Assembly (NCBI RefSeq): GCF_964213995.1
Contig: NC_135816.1
Span: 64,418,001-64,482,000 of the forward strand
Length of the DNA stretch: 64,000 bases
Source: Mustelus asterias
Lineage: Eukaryota
Reading direction: 5' to 3'
Made by a program: the position numbers and the translations under genes. Below the pieces are notes generated by a model that was not told the DNA's origin, made no database searches, and saw only the letters and a list, made by a program, of their open reading frames with translations. The first letter of the stretch is position 1. Every line of letters begins with the position of its first letter. Below are positions 36,434 to 49,742 of the stretch, piece by piece.

Positions 36434-38003
36434 GATTCCCAAAAGATTCCTCTCCCTAACCCCAGGGGTGCCTCCCCTAACACCCCAACTACAGGATTCC
36501 CCTCCATCGCCAGAGGATCTCACCCCCTCCCCCCACCCCCAGGCCCAACTCACACCCCCGTTGCATGGGGGTTTTGTCGTGACTGGTTTACTAAGCAACC
36601 CTTTTCCGAGTTCCATAGGCAAAGAGGATGAAATGATGATCCACCCCTGTCAATGAGAGGATTTCTAGTTAAATTGAACCCGGTAGGCATCAGAGTCCTA
36701 CATTGAACTCTACAACAATTCGTAAGGCTTCAGAAACCCCAGGAATGTATGTGAGATGTCCTCACATCTGTGAAGCTTCTCTTAGTCACTGGAGGTCCTG
36801 CCTCAGGCTGCAAGAGGGCCTGAAGTGAAAATGCTGAGAGGGGAGGAAAGGGCTGGCCTATCAAACTAGGCAGTCATGGTAGGAGGGGGCCCAGGAAGTG
36901 AGCTGGAGGGAGAGGAGGCCAGGGAGTCCTCAGGAGAGGTCATGCACACTGAGGAAGCACGGTCACACAACTCATGCTCATAGAAGAATCATAAAAACCT
37001 TACAGTGCAGAAGGAGGCCATTCAGCCCATCGAGTCTGCACTGACAGCAATCCCACCTAGTTGTATCCCCGTAACCCCACATATTTACCTCACTAATCCC
37101 TCTAAACTACACATCCTGGGACACTAAGGGGCAATTTATCATGGCCAATCCACCTAACCTGCACATCTTTGGACTGTGGGATGAAATCAGAGCACCCGGA
37201 GGAAACCCACGCAGACACAGGAAGAATGTACAAATTCCACACAGTGACCCAAGCCAGGAATTAAACCCAGGTCCCTGGATTTATGAGGCAGCAGTGCTAA
37301 CCACTGTGCCACTGTGTGCCCACAATCATTTACACACCTCTATAGGACCATCAAGGGAGATATTTGGGGAGGGGGGGGGGTGAGGTAGGAGGGGGGGAAT
37401 GTGGGTGGATGGTCGTGGGCCTCTTCCAGGATGGGGGTCACGGCTGGTGTGTGTTGTCCTGAAGCCTTCAGCCTGTCTGTTTGAAAAAATGTTCACAATC
37501 CTGAATGATTCTGGAGGCTGCCTGTTTTATTAACTGAGCACAGCCCCAAATGAGACTCCTGCCTGTGTGGAAAGGAAGTGAAAGTAAGCTCCTAGTTTAC
37601 GGTTGTTAGTGGTATGGAGGTATGGGGCATCTGTGGGTGCAGGGCTCCTGAGATGGGGGCAAGGATGTGATGAGACTGAAGGGGGCCAGCCTAAGGGGCT
37701 GGTTGGATGAGACCCCAAAAGAGAAAGACAGGATGGTAGGCAGCCTGGGTGGATTTGTGAGTGGGTGAGGGGCAGGGGGAGGGGGGGGGGGAAGGGTACG
37801 GTGGGCAAATATTTAGAGATCATGCAGTGGCTGCCCTGTCTTGAGTGCAAAGGCTTGAAAGCAATGGGATTTCGGGATCACTAACCAGACTATAAATGGT
37901 AGCTATTAGTGTTGTCTATTTCAGCTTCAGAAAGTAATTGTAGCCCCTAACATTCCTGAGAATCCTGCTTGTCAAACTCATTGGCCATCATGAGTTAAGC
38001 CTT

Positions 38004-38185
38004 ATTGCTTTTCGGCCTTTTGGCTAAGATCAAGCATCAGATCAAGCCCAGGATAGGGTGCAGTGTCTTTTCTTGTCAGCTTGGATCTTGTTTGTTTCTC
38101 TTGTGGTGACCATGAATTGGATTCAACTGGATTTTGAATTTGGTTTATGGAGGAAGCAAGGAGGTGGATATGGGTCTGCCCGGTC
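38004..38185 (+). mobile_element. U2 snRNA-headed element, second copy of same family
   Basis: ATTGCTTTTCGGCCTTTTGGCTAAGATCAAG followed by a body alignable with 31473-31575. Confidence 0.75.
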
Positions 38186-40150
38186 CATCTGCCATAATAA
38201 TTCACCATTCCTAGGAATGATTTTAACCCCAACACATTTTGAGGCTGTGGTACTTCCTTTATGGCTTTAAATTTATCCTCCAAAAGATGTAAGTGTTTAG
38301 CATCTACCCTGAAACCCAGAACTGTAACTTCATCCACCTGGAAAGTGCACTTCTCTCATTTTAAATGGATGCCCACGTCTTTTAATCTTCTCAAAACTTC
38401 CTCTATGTTTGCCTCAGGTGAGGCTCCTGTAGTCAGGACATCATCTAGATACATCACTACGTTAGGATTGCTCTGTAACAAACGTTCCATCGTACCTTGG
38501 AAAATGGCACAGGCTGATGAGACTCCAAAAAGTAAGTGTGTGTACTGGTATAAACCCTTTGTGGGTGCCACTAGTAACTGACCTCTGGGAATCTTCATCC
38601 AACTCCAGCTGCTGGTAGGCATGACTGATACTTCAGGCCCCCTGATAATTTAGCGTGGAGGTCCTCAATTTTAGGAATAAGATGTCTATCTATCTGAGCT
38701 TCTTGATTAATAGTTAATTTACAATCCCCACATATCCTTGCAGTATGGTCCAGTTTGAGGACAGTACCCATTGGTGCAGCTCATTCTGAGAACAGCACAG
38801 CTTTTATAACACCTAAATCTTCCAATCCAATCCCCCAAGTTCTACTTCTATCTTATAATGCAGTGAGCAAGGCACTGGTTGGACCTGAAAGAGTTCTGGT
38901 GTTGCCTTGGGATTCAAATAAATTTTGGCTTTAGCCCCTTTTATTCGTCCCAGTTCCTTTTGAAAAACCTCAGAGTATTTGCGCAGGAGCTTTTGAAAAT
39001 CTTTTTCATATAGATTTAATGTTTCCAACCCATCAAATTTTATCTCCCTCAACCAATCCTGACCCATTAGGCAAGGTCTGTGACTCTCAATTACTAGAGC
39101 AGGTAGTCGAGCTGTTAGGTTTCTGCAGGATACAGCAACTACTGTTGACCTTACTCTCTTCAATGTCTCTTCTATATAAGTAGACAAAATGGCTTCTGAC
39201 TCACTCAATCTCAATGGTTGCAGACCTCTTAGAAGGTAACAAACTGCCTGCTCCCCTATGACTGTGGCCACGGCTCCTCTGTCGACTTCCATTTTTGCAG
39301 TTCACAAGGCTCTGTTAACCTTCTCAATCTGGCCACAAAATCGGAGATTGACTCCCCGTGGCTCCCTGAATGGAATGTGCACCTCTACACGACAATTGAA
39401 AGTCAGGGATTAAAATGATTTTTGACCAATTCAACTATCTGGTCAAAAGACTTTGACTGGAATGTTGTGGCCATTCACACCGGTGGATTTTCCCATCACA
39501 CTGCAGTGAATTGAGATTTGGCTGGGCACTAAATTGTCCGATTTCGCTGCAGCAGGAGTGTGGTGTGAACGGCTGGTAAGATCGCACCCTTTATGTCTGG
39601 AGCTTCAGGCGATATTAGACTTCTCACTAGGCTTTAAGTTTGTGGGCCACAGACTGTGATTAGTATCACCTTTTGTTTCTTTCTCTGCTGTGATCTCATT
39701 TGCTACAAAGAAATAATACAGCCTACCGGTATATTGCCCCCAGTTTTCCACTCCAGGGTCAAATGGCTCAATCTTTCCAATTAAAGGTATTTTAACATGG
39801 CATATGTAGCTGTCTTTTGTATCTCAACGCTCACTCTCCTTCCCCTCTAGCTGCACACTGCGATTTCTCAGCAACAAACAGAAGTTTTCCCTCGTCGCCA
39901 GTGTAATAACTTCAAACGCAACTCGTGGCTTCAATTTATGAAGGGGTTATTACCAACAATATTTATCTATGTGCAAATGATGGGTCTACAGAACTGCAAT
40001 ACAGTCCACTCTCTTCTCCTCCCTGTCTCCAATTGAGGTTCCTCCCCGACACGGGACATGCGCCCTTGCAACCAATTGGCTTGGCTTCCCAGGCTGCCTC
40101 TCCATAGGGGCCCTCAGGGATCACCCCCTTAAAGGGGCCATGCTACCACA
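38186..40150 (-). mobile_element. Gypsy remnant 3: LTR, gag, protease, RT
   Basis: LTR about 39902-40150, TGGCGACGAGG PBS, protease MEVDRGA, RT YLDDVL, FLGMVNYYGR; ends at the U2-headed element. Confidence 0.82.
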
Positions 40151-42663
40151 GGTGTCCTCTGAACAATTATACCATAAGTTTAAATTTATTGTTTCCCATC
40201 AAAATAAAAGACAAAATTTGTTTTTTCGTGCTTTGTTCTTAATACCTTTAGCTATGTTAATGTTGTTTTAGGAGAGAGGTACTTGTGTTTATGTTCTTTC
40301 ATCATCACTCTTTGCTTCTGCAAAATAGTCTATTTTTATATGTCCTAAATTGTCACTAGTTTCTCTTTATTAATAATGTCAGGAAAGCCAAAAATATAAT
40401 GAGCTAGGCGTGTATCTCGTATGATTGGAAATTGCATTCTGTCAGCACCCAACAGGGCGTTATCCATTGCACAAGTATACTTCTTCCTCATTCTAATTCT
40501 TTCAGTAAAACGAATTAAAAGTAATTAAAATCTAGCTATTAGGTACAATTGATAATAGAAACTTTGTATAAATCACTTTGTGATTAAAGCAGCTTCCTCA
40601 CTAATACCTTGAGCCGTTCCAGGCAGGGAGGTGGCACTCCTTGTATGGGGGACACCTCCACGCCCCCCAAAAAACTGGGTTTCCCGCATGCTGAGTCCCC
40701 CACTGAGTGAATATCAGCAGCAGTGGTGTGAGAGCTATAATTGTGCATTAATTGCCCACTTGAAGGTTTCAATTGGTGAGAAGCCTGTCCACTCAACTTC
40801 ATCCTCCACTAACGTTCCTTCAAGGGAGGCTTTATATTCCGCCCTGTTTCAATGACTTGTATTCGCTGCAAAAAGAAGTTGAACATATTTTGTAGAATGT
40901 GCTTCAATTAAAAGCAGAGATTTGCAATGCTTTTATGAATCATTTGTAATATTTTTAGGCAGGAGAAGACCTTTGGTGCAAATGTTCTACTTAGTGACAA
41001 TATTTCTCACATTGCCATCAGTTACTACCACACCTCTGCCACCACTCCCAATACCATCCATCCCAACTGACCTCCACCTGCCCTTTCGGCTCTTAAATGG
41101 TCCAACATTCATTTGTGAACTAAACATACAAAAATTGCCAAACATGTACACACTTTGGGCAATCATTCTTCTCATGATTGTAGAGGATTTCCTTCACTCT
41201 TGCCAGGCTCCTTGGTGGCGTACTTAGACAAATATTGTCTAGATGTTAAGGGCAGTCACTCTCATGTCACCGCTGAAATTCACCTCCTGTGTGCATTGGG
41301 TTATAACGAGATCCAGAGTCAAGTGATTCTTGTGGATCCCAAACCTCTGTGAGGTTATTGGTCGATCAATTCTGCTCAATAGCACTGCTGATGACACCTT
41401 TCATCACTTTGATGATGTTTGGGAATAGATAAGAAAGTGATTAGCTGGGTTGGATTTGTTTTATAGACAAGCCGGGCCTGGGCTATTTTCCACATTGTTA
41501 GGGAGAAGCCAGTGTTGTTGCTACACTGGAATAACTTTGGGGTGAAAATAGTTCTGGAGCATGGGTCTTCAGCACCACAGCCTATACAGGCTCTACAAGT
41601 ATATGTTGGTTGTATGAAGAGTGTCAAACTATGTGGGTGGTGATAGAGGACAAATAAATGTATAAGGGGTACTTGGGGGCTGTATGAGTGACTATATGGA
41701 GTATGGATGATGTTTGAGGATCTACAGGGTCTTTGGAGACTGTAATAGTGTTTACAGGCAGGTAATGCGTTGCAACTGTAGTATGTGGGGTATAAAGAAG
41801 TTGTATAATGGATGTACTGGATAAATGAGTTTGTCTCAGTAGATGAACTGCATGATGAAGTACAAGGGTATAATGGTTGTATGGGGGCAAATGTGAGGAA
41901 GGACTGGGTGTATGAAGTATATGAAGATTCTGGGGGTCCAAAGAGTGCGTACAAGTCTGCGTGGGTTTCCTCTGGGTGCTTCGGTTTCCTCCCACACTCC
42001 AAAAATGTGCAGGTTAGGTGAATTGGCCAAGCTAAATTGCCCCTTAGTGTCAAAAATTAAGGGGAATTTGCGGGGTAAATGCTTGGGGTTTCAGAGATTT
42101 GATGCAGACTCAATGGGCTGAATGGCCTCCTTCTGTACTATTGGTACTCTATGGTACAAGGTTTATGAAGGTACAAAAGTGTTTGGAGGGTGTACAAGAG
42201 TATTTGAAGAGTATGGAAGGAATATGAGGATATATTGGATGAACAGATATATGAAGATGTATGAGGTTACACTGAGTACTGTATATACAGGGTGAATGAT
42301 ATGCACACTGTCAAGTTTAGTAAGTATTACACTGCCAAAGCTTTTCTATTGATTTACCTGTAAACATGTCTCTTTACTGTGTAGAAAAGAAAAAATTGCA
42401 ATACCAGGATCATTTTTACATTGACTTTTTGATTATACTTTGTCTATGCCACTTACAGGATGTTCACTTTTGTTTGCATTCTGATTGTTACTGTGCTTAG
42501 TGGATGAAGAAGACCTTCATATTTTTGCTCCAATTTCAATAAACAGGTTGAACATGCATGGCCCCAGCTCTGGCAGCAATGAAGATAATCCACACAGCAT
42601 GGACCAGAGGGGAAAGTGAGCTAAATTGGAGAAATACATTTTGTCTTTCAATATTGTCTAGCT

Positions 42664-42669
42664 TTTATT
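42664..42669 (-). terminator. Candidate AATAAA polyadenylation signal of cyp26
   Basis: tttatt on plus strand about 1.05 kb past the stop, at the end of a repeat-free AT-rich stretch containing ATTTATTTA on the minus strand. Confidence 0.3.
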
Positions 42670-43720
42670 TCAATTTGATATCGTTAAATACTCTAAAATC
42701 AGGTAATGAAACAAGAATCTTGTACAAAAAAAATTAATCTTTTTAAGATTACATAAATAAATTAGCATTAAAATAGATAAAAGTAGACAATCTATTCAAA
42801 GACAGATCAACAGGTAGCATCTGTCTGCCACAGGCAACCCAGGTACTGCGCGTAATCAAAAATCAATAATCTTATCAAACTACTCTGCTCTACAAGTGAC
42901 AGCTCTGTACTTTCCCTGTATCAAACAGATCCGACATTAACAAGTGTGATAAAAGGAGACTCACACAACCACCAGAGTACAATGGTCATTTAAACTTGGT
43001 ATGTGAGTTGAAGCAAGGTTTCAATAATTAGAAATTCTTCCTGCAGCCTGACTAACTCCACTGATCAAGAGATATGCTATATTGCTATTAGTGAGGGCAT
43101 TAAACAGTTCATGTAATAGGACAGTTTAGATAGGACTTAACCGAAAAAAATAAATATCGCTTTTCCCGATTCTGACCTGGAATCAATTTGGAATATCTTA
43201 ACACCGTTCTCAGCGTGGGCTCAAGATGCACAGTACCAATCTTTTCATAATACGGTACAAAGTTAGTATTTTCAGTTTGTGAGGCTGGCTGATGTCTAAA
43301 ATCCAAAAGTCACTCTGTACGATTGGGTACTCCCAGGAACGTGTTAACACATATACCTCAGAAAGTGTACTCTGCTTTTAACTTGGGCTTCTTCTGACCA
43401 GGAAGTGCTCACTGTTGATACTTGGTCCACTGTTCTCCCCCACAATAAAAAAGTGTTTGATATCTTTATCATATTCATTTCATGAATTTGAGTGATCTGT
43501 GGTACAATATTGCAGGAGCAGCACGCCACCATTAATGTGCTCTGACTCCATCAATCCCACATCTGTGAGTCCCACTGGAACTGAAAGACGTTGATAGCAG
43601 CTTGAAGCATTAAAGTAGCAGTGAATTAATTGTCACGTTATTGTGTTATAAATTATCGATCACACTGTAAGATAAATATTTTTCAGCTTTGAAAGTGAGT
43701 TTACTTATTCTAAACTAACC

Positions 43721-44077
43721 TCAGCGACTACTCTTGTTGCAAAGCTGGGCAGAAAACTGCACCTTTAGTCCATCAGCTGGGCAAACAACTGGCACCATCA
43801 GGAGCTTAGGAAATGTTTTGGTGGCTAGTTCCCAATGACTGATTGTGGCCAACTCAATAGCAAGAATTTTGAGGATAAGTTTGGCGAGCTCTTTGCCAAG
43901 GCAGCGTCTGACACCTCCACCAAATGGCAGGTACTGAAAACGTGCATCCTTGCCCTTCATTTGATCTTGAGCAAATCTGTCTGGATCGAATGTTTCGGGA
44001 TGTTGAAATATAGGGGCAGTGTCATGTGTGTCTCGAATGCTGTACATCACACTCCATCCTTTGGGGACCTGAAAACC
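43721..44077 (-). CDS. cyp26: CYP26B/C-type, exon 6 (terminal)
   Basis: [24 protein letters not shown], heme motif [10 protein letters not shown]; TGA at 43723-43721. Confidence 0.95.
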   Translation of the reverse strand, partial: GFQVPKGWSVMYSIRDTHDTAPIFQHPETFDPDRFAQDQMKGKDARFQYLPFGGGVRRCLGKELAKLILKILAIELATISHWELATKTFPKLLMVPVVCPADGLKVQFSAQLCNKSSR

Positions 44078-44501
44078 CTGTCAAAAACAAAATATTGGTC
44101 TGATTATATATTTGAACATTTCTTTCTCTCACACACAAATTCAGCAAAGTTTGTCTTGTTCATATAATCCTCCATATAATCCTCTTTGTAATAGAAACAT
44201 ACATTTTAAAATTGATACCACATGACTCTGCATTGAATGAGAACTCTGAAACCAGAGGCGACTGCAGCCACAAAACCCTGCAGTCAACATAGGGGCCGAA
44301 TTGAATAAAATCTCTCCAGGTGTTGTGTAGCAATATATTGGGACAAACTGGGAGTGGCCTTAGCAAAACTGTTAAATTAACAGGACAATCCTATGGTGTA
44401 GTTCAGTAAAGGGAATATAAGTTATCTGGAACATTACAGGGTAAATATGATGACCAGTTTCCTGCTGCTAATGCAAAATAACAACCTTCCTGCTCTTTCA
44501 C

Positions 44502-44838
44502 NNNNNNNNNNNNNNNNNNNNNNNNNNNNNNNNNNNNNNNNNNNNNNNNNNNNNNNNNNNNNNNNNNNNNNNNNNNNNNNNNNNNNNNNNNNNNNNNNNN
44601 NNNNNNNNNNNNNNNNNNNNNNNNNNNNNNNNNNNNNNNNNNNNNNNNNNNNNNNNNNNNNNNNNNNNNNNNNNNNNNNNNNNNNNNNNNNNNNNNNNNN
44701 NNNNNNNNNNNNNNNNNNNNNNNNNNNNNNNNNNNNNNNNNNNNNNNNNNNNNNNNNNNNNNNNNNNNNNNNNNNNNNNNNNNNNNNNNNNNNNNNNNNN
44801 NNNNNNNNNNNNNNNNNNNNNNNNNNNNNNNNNNNNNN
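44502..44838. other. Assembly gap (337 N) at the 5' side of the Copia element
   Basis: N run. Confidence 0.99.
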
Positions 44839-45748
44839 TGTATTGGCGATGGATCTAAAGATATGGGACAAGGACAAAGGCGTTTATTTATTGCACTTTG
44901 TGGACATGGCCACCCAGTTTAGCATATCCACGGTGGTTTACAGCAAAGATAAAAAGACCATTATAGATAAAATTATGACCCACTGGATTGGAACAGGATT
45001 GGTGGGCATCATCTAAATTTTTGACGGACAATGGGGGCGAATTTGCAAATGATGAGTTTCAAGATATATGCAAAAATTTAAATATTGTAATAATGCACAC
45101 TGCAATGGAGAGCGCATTCAACAATGGCCTCTGTGAAAGGAATCACACGGTTATAGATGACATGTTGTATAAAACTTTGGCAGATCAACCGGGCTGTAAA
45201 TTGCATGTTGCATTAGCATGGGCAATGCACGTGAAAAATTCATTACAAAAGGTGAGGGGCTACAATCCATACCAGTTGGTATTTGGGAGGAATCCAAAGT
45301 TGCCGTCAGTATTAACACTTGCTCCCCCGGTGCTAGAAGGGACAAGCATTAGCTTCATGTTTTCTGCACATTTAAACTCTATGCATGCAGGGTGAAAGGC
45401 CTTCATTAAGGCTGAGGTTTCAGAAGGGCAGATAAGAAGGGTCGTAAGCCATCACATAAGACCATCGAGTGTATACTTTGAGAAAGGGGATAGGGTCTAC
45501 TATAAAAGAGAGGGCAAAAAAGAGTGGAAAGGGCCTCGGAAAGTGATAGGAATAGACGGCAAGGTAGTTATAGTACAACGCGGTAACCAGACACTCTTTG
45601 AGAGTAGTGGCACTTGGGTATGAATTTGGAGCATCTGAACAAGATGCTGAAGTGCAGGAGGAACCTTGTACCTCACATGCACATACCCTGAGTTATTATG
45701 AGGAGCAGTCAACATTAGATGAGAGGGAATCTGATGATCAACAAAGTA

Positions 45749-46687
45749 AGAAGTTTAACAACACCAGGTTAAAGTCCAACAAGTTTATTTGGTAGCAAAA
45801 GCCACAAGCTTTCGGATCCTTAAGCTCCTTCTTCAGGTGAGTGGGAATTCTGTTCACAAACAGGGCATATAAAGACACAAACTCAATTTACAGAATAATG
45901 GTTGGAATGCGAATACTTACAGCTAATCAAGTCTTAAAGGTACAAACAATGTGAGTGGAGAGAGCATTAAGACAGGTTAAAGAGATGTGTATTGTCTCCA
46001 GACAGGACAGCCAGTGAGACTCTGCAGGTCCAGGCAAGCTGTGGGGATTACAGATAGTGTGACATGAACCCAATATCCCAGTTGAGGCCGTCCTCGTGTG
46101 TGCGGAACTTGGCTATCAGTTTCTGCTCAGCAACTCTGCGCCGTCGTGTGTCATGAAGGCCGCCTTGGAGAACGCTTACCCGAATATCAGAGTATATTCG
46201 GCCTCTGATATTCGGGTAAGCGTTCTCCAAGGCGGCCTTCACAACACACGATGGCGCAGAGTCGCTGAGCAGAAACTGATAGCCAAGTTCCGCACACACG
46301 AGGACGGCCTCAACTGGGATATTGGGTTCATGTCACACTATCTGTAATCCCCACAGCTTGCCTGGACCTGCAGAGTCTCACTGGCTGTCCTGTCTGGAGA
46401 CAATACACATCTCTTTAACCTGTCTTAATGCTCTCTCCACAGACATTGTTTGTAGCTTTAAGACTTGATTAGCTGTAAGTATTCGCATTCCAACCATTAT
46501 TCATGTAAATTGAGTTTGTGTCTTTATATGCCCTGTTTGTGAACAGAATTCCCACTCACCTGAAGAAAGAGCTTAAGGCTCCGAAAGCTTGTGGCTTTTG
46601 CTACCAAATAAACCTGTTGGACTTTAACCTGGTGTTGTTAAACTTCTTACTGTGTTTACCCAAGTCCAAAGCCGGCATCTCCACATC
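45749..46687. mobile_element. Penelope-like element, inverted pLTR pair plus tail
   Basis: Arms 45745-46192 and 46203-46651 are near-perfect reverse complements. Each encodes a GIY-YIG C-terminus (RRVAEQKLIAKFRTHEDGLN). Flanking duplication ATGATCAACAAAGTA at 45734-45748 and 46688-46702. Confidence 0.88.
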
Positions 46688-48435
46688 ATGATCAACAAAG
46701 TACCGGTGAAGCAGGGGATGAAGCTGCTACTTCAAAGATTCAGCTACCCAAAGTAGGCACAGTGGTTTCGTACATACCCGAAGGGTCAAGAGAGCGGAGG
46801 GAGGCCACTATAATCGGGAAAGCTGGAAAGGCCTCAGGAAAGTACAAACACTGGCTCAACATACAAGAGCGAGGGCAAGAAGCCAAAGCTATAGATTGGG
46901 AAAATGGGGTGGACAGATGGAAACAAAAAAAGCGAGACCTAAGTCCTGAGGATGAGACAGTAAGCATTCGTGAACCCAGGAAAAAGTCACGAATCTGTGA
47001 CCAAAGGTGTGTCAACAGAGAACAGCGGTCTGAGAGTAGCAGCCCTGACAGAAACAGACATGGCAGTAGAGGCTGGAGCTTAACGAGGAAGGCTAGGAAT
47101 CAAACCAATGATAGGAATAGGAGCAGAAGCCCCCATGATAAGGAAGTATTGACAGCTGCAAACAAAATGGAGCTCACGGAAGTAAGGGAGACCCAACAAA
47201 GGGAGCTGCTCAATTGGAAGGAATTTGGGGTGTACACCAAGGTGCGAGATGAAGGGCAGCCTGCTTGGTCCCATGGGTGGGTTTGCACAGAGAAAGTTTT
47301 GCAAGATAGAACATATAAAGCTAAAGCCGGATTAGTAGCCATTGGGTATGAGGAACATTTGGATGGGAGAGACATTGATTCACCCACATCAGGGAAAGTG
47401 ACACTGAAAATCTTTTTCACTGTTCTAGCATCTCATCATTGGATGTGTAAATCAATTGATATCAAAGCAGCATTCCTGCAGGGTGAAACATTTCAGAGTA
47501 AAGTTTTTTTGAGGCCACCCAAAGAAGCAGGTAATACACAGGGACATTTGTGGAAATTAAATAAATGCGTATATAGGTTAAGTGATGCATCAAGGGTTTG
47601 GTATTTCTCTGTGCAATCTGTATGACTGAAGTCTGGCTGTGTCCAGTTAAAAGCAAATCCAAAAATGTTTTACTGGAAGGCTAAAGGAAAATTAGCTGGA
47701 ATTTTTATAATGCATGTGGATGATTTCCTAAGGGGTGGAACAGAAGAATTTGAAAAAAGGATAATTGAGAAGCTGAAAACAGAGTTTAAAGTAGGGAGTC
47801 AAGCAGCTGGTGCTTTTCGATTTCTTGGTCTTGATATCCGACAAAGTACCTCTGGGGTAACGATGAGTCAACAGGGATATCTGAACAGTATTGACCCCAT
47901 TCCCATCACCAGGGAGAGGTCAATGGAAAAAGAGGAATTGGCCAACAAAAAAGAAACAGAGTTGTTGAGGAGTATGGTAGGACAGCTAAATTGGCTATGC
48001 ACACAGACAAGACCAAATGGGAGCTATAATGTCCTAGAGATCAGTAATATCTTGAAGCGCATCACAGTCAGAGAGATCTTGCAGGCTAATAAAACATTAA
48101 AAAAGTTAAAATTAGAGGAGTGTGTAATTAGATTCTGAGCACTAGGAGAACAGGAAGATATGAAATTGGTTGTGTTTAGTGATGCTTCACATGCCAGTCT
48201 ACCAGATGGACATTCAAGCGGTGCTGGATTCAAAATATTCCTGGTAGGTAAGGAAGGAAAATGTTGCCTCTTGGCCAGGGAAGCAAAGAAAATAAGAAGG
48301 GTAATCAAAAGCACATTGGTGGCTGAAACCCTAGCGATAGTGGAGGCGTTGGATATGGGGATATATTTGTCAGACACATTAACAGAATTATTTTTTATGG
48401 GCGCATCGGGTAAGAAAGTACCAATTGAGTGTTAT

Positions 48436-49497
48436 AGAACATAGAACATAGAACATAGAACATTACAGCGCAGAACAGGCCCTTCGGCCCACGATGTTGC
48501 ACCGACCAGTTAAAAAAAAAAACTGTGACCCTCCAACCTAAACCAATTTCTTTTCGTCCATGAACCTATCTACGGATCTCTTAAACGCCCCCAAACTAGG
48601 CGCATTTACTACTGATGCTGGCAGGGCATTCCAATCCCTCACCACCCTCTGGGTAAAGAACCTACCCCTGACATCGGTTCTATAACTACCCCCCCTCAAT
48701 TTAAAGCCATGCCCCCTCGTGCTGGATTTCTCCATCAGAGGAAAAAGGCTATCACTATCCACCCTATCTAAACCTCTAATCATCTTATATGTTTCAATAA
48801 GATCCCCTCTTAGCCGCCGCCTTTCCAGCGAAAACAATCCCAAATCCCTCAGCCTCTCCTCATAGGATCTCCCCTCCATACCAGGCAACATCCTGGTAAA
48901 CCTCCTCTGCACCCCCTCCAAAGCCTCCACATCCTTCCCGTAATGTGGGGACCAGAACTGCACACAGTACTCCAAGTGCGGCCGCACCAGAGTTGTGTAC
49001 AGTTGCAACATAACGCTACGACTCCTAAATTCAATCCCCCTACCAATAAACGCCAAGACACCATATGCCTTCTTAACAACCTTATCTACTTGATTCCCAA
49101 CTTTCAGGGATCTATGCACACATACACCTAGATCCCTCTGCTCCTCCACACTATTCAAAGTCCTCCCGTTAGCCCTATACTCAACACATCTGTTATTCCT
49201 ACCAAAGTGAATTACCTCACACTTCTCCGCATTAAACTCCATCCGCCACCTCTCGGCCCAACTTTGCAACCTGTCTAAGTCTTCCTGCAAACTACGACAC
49301 CCTTCCTCACTGTCTACCACACCACCGACTTTGGTGTCATCAGCAAATTTGCTAATCCACCCAACTATACCCTCATCCAGATCATTAATAAATATTACAA
49401 ACAGCAGTGGCCCCAAAACAGATCCCTGAGGTACACCACTTGTAACCGCACTCCATGATGAATATTTACTATCAACCACCACCCTCTGTTTCCTATC
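48436..49497 (-). mobile_element. Young 5'-truncated CR1 (314-aa open ORF2 end) inserted in Copia RNase H
   Basis: SGVPQGSVLGPLLF..KFADDTK; (AGAACAT)n tail; Copia frame reads VPIECY | VDNRSL across it. Confidence 0.93.
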
Positions 49498-49742
49498 AAT
49501 GGTTATGTGGACAATCGGTCTTTATGGGACAAGGTTCACTCAACAAGAAGTGTAGCAGAAAAAAGATTAAGAATTGATTTGGCCAGCATTAAGCAAATGC
49601 TGGAAAACAAGGAAGTTTCCAAACTTAACTGGGTCGGTGCTAACCTACAGGTATCCGACTGTTTTACAAAAAGGGGTGCAGTTATTAAGAATACTGGAGG
49701 ATGGTTCTCTTAAATTATAAAATAAAAAAATCAAAAGGAATT

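Noticed and set aside
41376-42300. 225-aa minus-strand ORF
   Set aside because: Runs through a SINE fragment, a low-complexity GTA-rich tract and a LINE fragment.
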